Part shown: piece by piece, positions 1-6,218 of the stretch
How positions within the stretch are numbered: the first letter of the stretch is position 1
Layout of the letters: every line of letters begins with the position of its first letter
Source: a virus
Lineage: Duplodnaviria; Heunggongvirae; Uroviricota; Caudoviricetes
DNA length: 6,734 bases
Reading direction: 5' to 3' (one strand)
IMG/VR virus record: IMGVR_UViG_648276647_000003
Span: 1 to 6,734 of that record
Made by a program: the position numbers and the translations under genes
Notes under the pieces: model-generated
The model's input: only the letters and a program-made list of their open reading frames with translations
Told to the model about the DNA's origin: nothing
Database searches by the model: none

Positions 1-1
1 C

Positions 2-193
2 CCCTGTCTTGCGGTGGTATCGCGGCGTCATATGGACGGATGGGTGCCGGTATTTACCCAGGGCGAACTGATGTTTGAGGATATTGACTTGCTGGTCATG
101 CTGCAGCTGGTGGCGCGGGTGGTCGCCGATTCGCTGGGAAATTTTTTGCAAGGACTCCCTACCAAAGAGACGCCCATCCCGCCAGCGGAATAA
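2..193 (+). CDS. Tail assembly chaperone (lambda gpG / P2 gpE analogue), C-terminal fragment; 5' end lies outside the window
   Basis: Frame is open from the window edge to TAA at 191-193 (...ELMFEDIDLLVMLQLVARVVADSLGNFLQGLPTKETPIPPAE*). It lies directly upstream of the tape measure gene, contains a slippery heptamer, and is overlapped by an open -1 frame, which is the classic chaperone arrangement. This frame is absent from the supplied ORF track because it has no in-window start. Confidence 0.5.
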   Translation, partial: PCLAVVSRRHMDGWVPVFTQGELMFEDIDLLVMLQLVARVVADSLGNFLQGLPTKETPIPPAE

Positions 194-390
194 CCTTCAA
201 TAGCCTGCCGGGTGGTGAAGATTTTATTCTTCGTCCGGCGCTTGCCTTCCATATTGACCAGAAAGATCTTAACAGTGGTGCGGTAGATCTCTGTCGCATC
301 GCGCTTCTTAATGACTACCTTGATATGTGCGAGGACAACGATGTCCGGGTAGAAAAATGGAGAGAGGATAATGAACGCCGAGACTATTAA
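2..390 (+). CDS. Predicted -1 frameshift fusion product of the tail assembly chaperone (gpGT / P2 E+E' analogue); slip at 142-148, extension ends at TAA 388-390
   Basis: The -1 frame is closed upstream by TGA at 85-87 and open from 88 to 390. After a slip on T TTT TTG it reads FFARTPYQRDAHPASGITFNSLPGGEDFILRPALAFHIDQKDLNSGAVDLCRIALLNDYLDMCEDNDVRVEKWREDNERRDY*, overlapping the tape measure ATG (371) by 20 nt. Confidence 0.4.
142..148 (+). promoter_or_regulatory. Programmed -1 ribosomal frameshift slippery heptamer T TTT TTG (X XXY YYZ in the zero frame)
   Basis: Zero-frame codons are aat(140-142) ttt(143-145) ttg(146-148), so the heptamer is correctly phased, 45 nt before the chaperone stop, and the -1 frame is open downstream. 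Confidence 0.5.
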
Positions 391-2359
391 AGATTTCCTC
401 GTCTCGCTTGGCTTCAGTGTGGATGATGCAGGAGCGAAAAAGTTCGGTTCTGTCCTCGCCGGTACAACTGCAAATGTCATCAAAATGGGACTGGCCGTTG
501 AAGGAGCTGCGCTGTCCGTGGTGGCCTTCACGGCTAAGATCGCCTCCGGCCTGGATAATCTTTACTGGGCGTCACAGCGCACCGGCGCGACGGTCCAGGG
601 AATTCAGACTATTGGCTATGCGGTTTCGCAGGTTGGCGGTAGCGTGGACGCTGCGCGATCTTCTCTGGAAAGCCTCTCCCGGTTTATTCGTAACAATCCC
701 GGTGCAGAAGGCTTTCTGAATCGCCTGGGCGTACAGACCCGTGATGCCAGCGGTAACATGCGTGACATGGCCGCTATCTTTACGGGCGTTGGACAGAAAC
801 TCAGCAGCATGCCGTATTACCGGGCTAACCAGTATGCGCAGATGCTGGGCATTGACGAAAATACCCTTATGGCGATGCGCCGGGGTGTGGGTGGTTTCTC
901 CGGGCAGTACAGCGCAATGGCGAAAGCTATCGGCTTCAATGCTGACGAGGCGGCCAGAAGCTCCAACAAATTTATGACCTCCCTGCGTGAGTTTGGCGCG
1001 ATGGCAGGCATGGCCCGTGACAAAATCGGCTCTAATCTTGCGGGTGGACTTGCGGGTTCGTTGGACACCCTGCGCCGCCATATCCTGGACAACTTCCCGC
1101 GTATCGAGCAGACCCTGACGAAAGCCATAAAAGGCATTCTGGCGCTCGGGGATATTATCGGGCGGCTGTTCTTCAGACTGATTGAAGGAACATCAGGCCT
1201 CATCACCTGGTGGCAATCGCTGGATAAGCAAACGCGGGAGTTGATCTCGCTGTTTGGCGCACTGACGATTGCGCTGCGCATTCTGAACAGTACGTTCTGG
1301 ATGTCGCCGATTGGCCTCATTACCGCGCTGGCGGCGGGGATTGCCCTCCTGTGGGAGGACTATCAGACCTGGAAGGAAGGCGGCGACAGCCTGATTGACT
1401 GGGGCAAGTGGAAACCGGAGGTTGATGCCGCGCTGAAGATGGTTCGTGACCTTAAAACGACCGTTAACGACCTGGTGAAAGCGCTGGCGAAACTGCTCAA
1501 TATTGACCCCAAATCATGGTCCCTGAAGTGGGATTTCAGCAACTTCATCGACCAGATGGGCGAATTCAGCAAAATGCTGAACATGATCGCCGACCTACTC
1601 AACGCTATCAAAGATGGCCGCTGGGTTGATGCCGTCAGCATCGGCAAACAGATACTTAATCAGGGCAGCGAAAATCCGTCAGCGATGCCGATGGTTACAG
1701 ACAGCGCTAACAGTACTGCCGACTGGATTAAAGAGCACTGGGGATTCGATCCCCGCAGCGTGGGCCGGACGGTACGCGGCTGGTTTGGTGATGATGAGCC
1801 GGAACAATATGCACAGGCTACGAAACGAGGAGAACGGAATAACAATCCGGGAAACCTTAATTTTGCTGGTCAGGTAGGGGCTTCTCTTGAACGCCCGGGC
1901 GGGCGATTTGCCAGATTTGAAACTGCTTTTGATGGATTACGGGCTCTTGCTCGTCAGTTAATGCTGTACGCCGGACGGGGAATAAACAGTGTGGAGAAAA
2001 TTATCTCTACCTGGGCACCTGCGTCTGATAATAACAACACAACTGCGTATATCAGGGCTGTATCGCAACGACTGGGAGTGGATCCCCGGGCTGCCCTGAA
2101 TATGAGCGATCCGCAAACCATGTCAGCATTGATGAGCAGCATTATCCAGCATGAAAATGGAAGAAATATCTATTCTCGAGAGCTGATTAATAAGGCTGCC
2201 GTAGCGGGAATTAGTGGCAAAGTGACAGAGGTTAACCAGCAAAATACCTACCACATTTACGGTGGCGGAGATCCGCACGCTGTCGGTAATGAGGTTGCAC
2301 GTCGGCAACAGTCTGCAAATGCTCAGGTCATGCGAAGTAATCAGGTGAGGGTGGGTTAG
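371..2359 (+). CDS. Phage tail tape measure protein (662 aa)
   Basis: Long ORF immediately after the chaperone/frameshift pair, with RBS ggagagagg a few nt before the ATG. The N-terminal two thirds is Ala/Gly/Leu-rich with hydrophobic segments (e.g. LISLFGALTIALRILNSTFWMSPIGLITALAAGIALLW) typical of tape measure proteins; a distinct C-terminal domain follows. Size and position fit a contractile-tail tape measure. Confidence 0.85.
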   Translation: MNAETIKDFLVSLGFSVDDAGAKKFGSVLAGTTANVIKMGLAVEGAALSVVAFTAKIASGLDNLYWASQRTGATVQGIQTIGYAVSQVGGSVDAARSSLESLSRFIRNNPGAEGFLNRLGVQTRDASGNMRDMAAIFTGVGQKLSSMPYYRANQYAQMLGIDENTLMAMRRGVGGFSGQYSAMAKAIGFNADEAARSSNKFMTSLREFGAMAGMARDKIGSNLAGGLAGSLDTLRRHILDNFPRIEQTLTKAIKGILALGDIIGRLFFRLIEGTSGLITWWQSLDKQTRELISLFGALTIALRILNSTFWMSPIGLITALAAGIALLWEDYQTWKEGGDSLIDWGKWKPEVDAALKMVRDLKTTVNDLVKALAKLLNIDPKSWSLKWDFSNFIDQMGEFSKMLNMIADLLNAIKDGRWVDAVSIGKQILNQGSENPSAMPMVTDSANSTADWIKEHWGFDPRSVGRTVRGWFGDDEPEQYAQATKRGERNNNPGNLNFAGQVGASLERPGGRFARFETAFDGLRALARQLMLYAGRGINSVEKIISTWAPASDNNNTTAYIRAVSQRLGVDPRAALNMSDPQTMSALMSSIIQHENGRNIYSRELINKAAVAGISGKVTEVNQQNTYHIYGGGDPHAVGNEVARRQQSANAQVMRSNQVRVG

Positions 2360-2946
2360 TGGATATTCTCTCTACACTTTTTCATCAGCAGAGTAGAAAA
2401 ATAGGAATGATTGTTCCCAGTGTTGTTATTTCAGAGAAGCATACAGATATGCTTGAAATAACAGAGCATCCGGTAGAGGTCGGGGCCGCTGTCGCTGATC
2501 ATGCCTATAAAAAACCGTCAGAAGTGGTGATGGAGGTTGGTTTTGCCGGTGGCGGCGCATTGCTGGATTTTGCCAGTAACCTGACGGCTACCAGCCTGCT
2601 CGGCCTGAGTCCTCAGCAGACGTATCAGGAGCTACTGGGTCTGCAGGAAAGCCGTATCCCCTTCGATGTGGTAACCGGTAAACGACTGTACAGCAACATG
2701 TTGATCCGGGCGCTGGAAGTGACGACGGACAAGACAACCGAAAACGTCCTGTCCGCCGTCCTCACCCTGAGGGAGGTCCTTATCTCCCGGACACAGCAGA
2801 TTACCGTCGCGGATAAAACCAACATGAAGGAAGGGGCCAGCACGTCGGCGGTACAGAACAGCGGCAACAAAACCACAAAGCCTCCAGATACTTCACTGCT
2901 GAAAAGCATCACGGGTAACGTGGCGTCATTACTGGGAGGCGGATAA
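2359..2946 (+). CDS. Phage tail/baseplate-associated protein, function unassigned (occupies the position of Mu gp43-like proteins after the tape measure)
   Basis: 195-aa ORF whose GTG start overlaps the tape measure stop (TAGTG at 2357-2361), preceded by a gaggg RBS. An alternative ATG at 2407 would give a shorter product. Family assignment is by position only. Confidence 0.55.
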   Translation: MDILSTLFHQQSRKIGMIVPSVVISEKHTDMLEITEHPVEVGAAVADHAYKKPSEVVMEVGFAGGGALLDFASNLTATSLLGLSPQQTYQELLGLQESRIPFDVVTGKRLYSNMLIRALEVTTDKTTENVLSAVLTLREVLISRTQQITVADKTNMKEGASTSAVQNSGNKTTKPPDTSLLKSITGNVASLLGGG

Positions 2947-3248
2947 TGACAATTCAGGAAATTCCGCTGACAGCGGACAATCAGCAGTTCAGCATCGTCC
3001 TGGGGGGTGTCACCTGGCGGATTAGCATCATATGGCGCGATCTTTACTGGATTATGGACCTGCAGAACGACAGAGGGGAGCCGGTAATCTCCGGTATTCC
3101 TCTCGTCACTGGTGCTGACCTGCTGGCGCAGTACGCCTGTATGGGGCTTGGTTTTAAGCTGGTGGTGGTCTGTGATGACAACACACAGGATTACCCCACA
3201 AAAACTGACCTGGGCGGTCGCAGCCATTTACTGGTATCAACGGAGTAA
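2946..3248 (+). CDS. Small phage tail/baseplate-associated protein (100 aa), function unknown
   Basis: ATG overlaps the upstream stop (ATAATG at 2944-2948) and its own stop lies 2 nt before the next ATG, so it is tightly coupled within the structural operon. Confidence 0.55.
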   Translation: MTIQEIPLTADNQQFSIVLGGVTWRISIIWRDLYWIMDLQNDRGEPVISGIPLVTGADLLAQYACMGLGFKLVVVCDDNTQDYPTKTDLGGRSHLLVSTE

Positions 3249-3250
3249 GC

Positions 3251-4321
3251 ATGTCACAGAACTGGATGAGACATTTCGAGCTGCAGCTTGTGGACGGGAA
3301 CGGTCAGGGAATTGAGCTAAGTGATTTCAAAGTCACCTTTACGATCGACTGGTTCAACATCAGCAGCGCGTCCCGGGTAGGGACTATCAAAATTTATAAC
3401 CTCTCGGCAGATACTGTGAACCGAATTACCGGGCAGGAGTTTTCGAAAGTGCGTCTGATTGCCGGTTACGACGGTATCGCGCCGGAGGTGTCAGCAAGCG
3501 ACGTAGGGACCGTGCGGGAAGTTGACGCGGCGGACGTGGGCCAGAGAGATGGCCGCAACTACGGACTGATTTTCAGCGGTGAAATTCGCTACTCGGTCAC
3601 AGGAAAAGACAGTCCGGTTGATACCTACGTCCTGATTCAGGCAGCAGATACTGATCTGGCTTTTGCCACCAGTATAACCTCACAGACGCTGGCTGCCGGT
3701 TACACGGTCGCTGATGTGAACCGTGCGCTGATGAAAGACTTCGAAGCCAAAGGCGCGACCGAAGGCCTGACGCCTGAAATGCCTGCTACTGTATTCCCCC
3801 GGGGGCGGGTACTCTTTGGCATGACGCGGCATCTAATGGATAACGTAGCCGGACAATGTGGCGCAACATGGCAATTCGTGGACGGTCAGCGCCAGATGGT
3901 GGCGAATAACGAATATGTTCATGAAGCGATTGTGCTCAACAGCGCTACCGGGCTTATTGGCATGCCGCAGCAGACCATCGGCAACGGCGTAAACGTCCGC
4001 GCGCTTATTAATCCGAACATCCGGGTTAATGGGCTCATTCAACTGGATCAGGCTTCTATCTATAAAACAGCTTTACCGAATGACGATATTGCTAAAGCAG
4101 CGGGACGTTACTTTGACGAAACAATAGATGGCAACTCTAACGTTACCCTGCCCGTGTCCAAACAAATGACGGCCAGCATCGCAACTGATGGCGTTTATAT
4201 TGTGCGCGGGATTATGTACACTGGCGACACAAGGGGCCAGGCCTGGTACATGGATATGATGTGCGAAGCGCGCGGTGCGCAGGATATGCCATCCAGCACT
4301 GCTTTGCAGAGAGGATTATAG
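3251..4321 (+). CDS. Putative baseplate hub protein (Mu gp44 / P2 gpD / T4 gp27-like), 356 aa
   Basis: 356-aa ORF located between the tape-measure-proximal proteins and the central spike, which is the conserved hub position in Mu-like tail modules. The hub assignment is positional and by size, not a verified motif match. Confidence 0.55.
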   Translation: MSQNWMRHFELQLVDGNGQGIELSDFKVTFTIDWFNISSASRVGTIKIYNLSADTVNRITGQEFSKVRLIAGYDGIAPEVSASDVGTVREVDAADVGQRDGRNYGLIFSGEIRYSVTGKDSPVDTYVLIQAADTDLAFATSITSQTLAAGYTVADVNRALMKDFEAKGATEGLTPEMPATVFPRGRVLFGMTRHLMDNVAGQCGATWQFVDGQRQMVANNEYVHEAIVLNSATGLIGMPQQTIGNGVNVRALINPNIRVNGLIQLDQASIYKTALPNDDIAKAAGRYFDETIDGNSNVTLPVSKQMTASIATDGVYIVRGIMYTGDTRGQAWYMDMMCEARGAQDMPSSTALQRGL

Positions 4322-4323
4322 AA

Positions 4324-4668
4324 ATGAAACGATGGATATTTTCATTGCTGGCGTTAGTGTCTGTTGGTGTAAGTGCAAACACCATAACGATGCAATGCGG
4401 CAACTTTCGTATGGATGCGATCCCTGACTCATTATTTAAAATCAATGGCGAAACAGTAACGTCCCAAAAAGTAAAAATGTTGGGTAAAGACGGTACAGGC
4501 ATGCAGATCAAAATGGGGCTGATGCCTGCCAAAGATGGCCACAATTATGGGTTCGAGTATATCCATCGACCGGGCACCGAAACGCGTTTCCTGAACGTCC
4601 AGCTTCTGCAGAACAGCATGGACGCGCCTAGAATCATCGGGTCTTTCCCATGCAAAAAAGTTAATTAA
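4324..4668 (+). CDS. Small secreted/periplasmic protein, paralog A (114 aa precursor); cargo (moron) gene, function unknown
   Basis: ATG at 4324 is preceded by an agagagg RBS and starts 2 nt after the hub stop. N-terminus MKRWIFSLLALVSVGVSA-NTITMQC is a typical Sec signal peptide with an AXA-type cleavage site and no lipobox. Mature protein has Cys near its N-terminus (QCG) and near its C-terminus (FPCKK). Lower GC than flanking genes by eye. The track's longer 4261 start would overlap the hub gene and place the signal peptide internally. Confidence 0.7.
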   Translation: MKRWIFSLLALVSVGVSANTITMQCGNFRMDAIPDSLFKINGETVTSQKVKMLGKDGTGMQIKMGLMPAKDGHNYGFEYIHRPGTETRFLNVQLLQNSMDAPRIIGSFPCKKVN

Positions 4669-4680
4669 CAGGGGGGATTA

Positions 4681-5046
4681 ATGAAGCGCTTAGCTCTCTT
4701 ATCTCTTGTTTTTATGTCGTATAGCGTGCTTGCAGCGCCTGTTTTGCGCTTTAAGTGCGGTGACGATAAATTTGTAATGTATGTGAATGCCTCAATGAGT
4801 AAACAGGCAGTCATAATGAACGATCAGCTAACAGAAAATTCAGCCACTGACCAGTATCCGTACGGTGACTTGGGGGATTCGGTGGTCATCACATTTGATG
4901 TATGGGGGGCGAATGGTGGGATGCATAACCACTACACAACTGTTTTCCCTAACGATTCAAAAACTATTAAACAAATAGTTCAGATTTTAGACGCAGATGA
5001 TCGCCCCCGTGGTGATGCCATCTATAAGACCTGCACGAAAATGTAG
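4681..5046 (+). CDS. Small secreted/periplasmic protein, paralog B (121 aa precursor); cargo (moron) gene, function unknown
   Basis: RBS gggggga lies just upstream of the ATG at 4681. Signal peptide MKRLALLSLVFMSYSVLA-APVLRFKC. Mature protein has the same two-Cys layout as paralog A (KCG ... KTCTK) and a shared C-terminal block (VQIL...PR...C.K versus VQLL...PR...C.K in A). AT-rich by eye. Confidence 0.7.
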   Translation: MKRLALLSLVFMSYSVLAAPVLRFKCGDDKFVMYVNASMSKQAVIMNDQLTENSATDQYPYGDLGDSVVITFDVWGANGGMHNHYTTVFPNDSKTIKQIVQILDADDRPRGDAIYKTCTKM

Positions 5047-5071
5047 GAACCTTATCGCAGACACCATTTAA

Positions 5072-5093
5072 CCCGCCACCCGGCGGGTTTTTT
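5072..5093 (+). terminator. Rho-independent terminator: 6-bp GC stem cccgcc/ggcggg, 4-nt loop, T6 tract
   Basis: cccgcc(5072-5077) accc ggcggg(5082-5087) tttttt(5088-5093), beginning 26 nt after the paralog B stop codon. Confidence 0.6.
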
Positions 5094-5112
5094 GCTTTCT
5101 GGAGCCTACTAA

Positions 5113-5865
5113 ATGGCAGTATCTGACCAGACCCGCAGCGGCGACCTTGCCGAAACATTCAAATCTGAACGGGAAACAACAAAGAACCAGATCCGTGTCG
5201 CCTTGCCTGGCATTATTCAGTCATTCGATCCTGACGCGGTGACGGCGGTTGTGCAGCCAGCTATCCGTTCGGTTGAAAAGGATAACTACGGTAACCGCAT
5301 TACCAAAAATTACCCATTGCTGGTGGATGTGCCAGTGGTATTCCCGCGCGGCGGAGGCTGTACGTTGACTTTTCCGGTAAAAGCCGGGGATGAGTGTCTT
5401 GTCGTTTTTGCCGATCGTTGTATTGATTTCTGGTGGCAGAGTGGCGGGATACAGGAGCCAGTCGATGACAGAATGCATGATTTATCGGATGCGTTTTGTA
5501 TTGTCGGTCCCCAGTCGCAGGCAAGGAAGATTAGCGGTATTAATACCAGTGCCACACAGTTGCGTAGTGACGACGGCAGCACCTATTTTGAGCTTAATCC
5601 TGATACCAGGAAAATTAAAATTGTCGCTCCGGGTGGTCTTGATGTGGTTGCCCCTCTGGCTGATTTTTCTGAGAAAGTAACCATTCATGGCCTGTTAACC
5701 TGGATGGGTGGCATGGTGGGGTCTGTTGTTTCTGGTGTGGCTTCAAAAATCACTGGTGCTGTTGAGTTTTTGGGGAGCGTGAAGGCTAACGGCAAGCCAA
5801 TCGATGATACGCACACTCATGGCGGTGTTCAGCGCGGTGGAAGCAGTACCGACGGGGTAAACTGA
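5113..5865 (+). CDS. Baseplate central spike protein (P2 gpV / Mu gp45 / gp138-like), 250 aa
   Basis: RBS ggag lies 8 nt upstream of the ATG. The N-terminal OB-fold region (PLLVDVPVVFPRGGGCTLTFPVKAGDECLVVFADRCIDFWW...RMHDLSDAFCIVG) matches the hallmark pattern of gpV-type spikes. The Gly-rich C-terminus contains HTHGG, resembling the His-containing apex of spike proteins. Confidence 0.85.
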   Translation: MAVSDQTRSGDLAETFKSERETTKNQIRVALPGIIQSFDPDAVTAVVQPAIRSVEKDNYGNRITKNYPLLVDVPVVFPRGGGCTLTFPVKAGDECLVVFADRCIDFWWQSGGIQEPVDDRMHDLSDAFCIVGPQSQARKISGINTSATQLRSDDGSTYFELNPDTRKIKIVAPGGLDVVAPLADFSEKVTIHGLLTWMGGMVGSVVSGVASKITGAVEFLGSVKANGKPIDDTHTHGGVQRGGSSTDGVN

Positions 5866-6218
5866 TGCGATACAGACGTGAAGACGCCGATGGCGATTAC
5901 ACCTTTGGCAGCGGTGATGACACCTGGCTGATTAACTCACCGGAGGCCGTGGCGCAGGCGGTAAAAACGCGATTCGAATTGTGGTATGGGCAATGGTTTC
6001 TCGACACCACCGAGGGGACTCCGTGGATCCAGTCCGTACTCGGTAAGCAGAAGCCGGAAACCTACAACCTGGCGATCAGAAAACGCATTCTGGAAACGCA
6101 GGGCGTTAAATCAATCCTCTCTTTCAATACGACGGTGGATACCACGACCCGACGTGTCATGTTTTCCGCTGAAATCGACACTCTCTATGGAATAACGACT
6201 GTTACATCGGAGGCGTAA
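5865..6218 (+). CDS. Small baseplate wedge protein (Mu gp46 / P2 gpW / T4 gp25-like position), 117 aa
   Basis: ATG overlaps the spike stop (TGATG at 5863-5867). Size and position between spike and baseplate J fit the gp25-like wedge protein; a TRFELWYG segment loosely resembles the gpW motif. Family assignment is tentative. Confidence 0.6.
   Translation: MRYRREDADGDYTFGSGDDTWLINSPEAVAQAVKTRFELWYGQWFLDTTEGTPWIQSVLGKQKPETYNLAIRKRILETQGVKSILSFNTTVDTTTRRVMFSAEIDTLYGITTVTSEA

Noticed and set aside
28-531. 167-aa ORF on the minus strand
   Set aside because: It is antisense to the chaperone 3' end, the frameshift extension and the tape measure start, all of which have coherent + strand signals (slippery site, RBS, coupling). 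Its low-complexity Ser/Thr/Ala-rich translation looks like a shadow ORF of GC-rich coding DNA.
572-1320. Minus-strand ORFs 572-1081, 616-810 and 817-1320, and + strand ORFs 408-719 and 741-977, inside the tape measure gene
   Set aside because: All are fully contained in, or antisense to, the 662-aa tape measure ORF. Their Arg/Ser/Pro-rich translations are typical of off-frame reading of GC-rich coding sequence.
2625-3315. Minus-strand ORF 2625-3227 (200 aa) and + strand ORF 3112-3315 (67 aa)
   Set aside because: They overlap the translationally coupled 195-aa, 100-aa and hub genes in other frames or antisense, with no independent start signals.
4261-4323. Upstream ATG (4261) giving a 135-aa version of cargo protein A
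   Set aside because: The extension overlaps the hub 3' end in another frame and would bury the signal peptide 21 residues inside the protein. The ATG at 4324 has a well-spaced RBS and places the signal peptide at the N-terminus.
4150-4323. Possible sigma70 promoter for the cargo genes inside the hub 3' end (for example a tatgat hexamer at 4255-4260)
   Set aside because: No acceptable -35 element at the correct spacing could be identified by eye, so this is too weak to report as a feature. The open question is noted under the terminator finding.
3833-5158. Minus-strand ORFs 3833-4042, 4212-4544 and 4967-5158
   Set aside because: They are antisense to the hub gene, the cargo genes and the terminator/spike leader. 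They have no RBS, and the third spans the terminator hairpin.
5221-5688. Cluster of minus-strand ORFs (5221-5478, 5300-5524, 5310-5582, 5482-5688) and + strand ORF 5390-5680
   Set aside because: All lie within the spike gene, whose translation carries clear gpV-type hallmarks; these are shadow frames.
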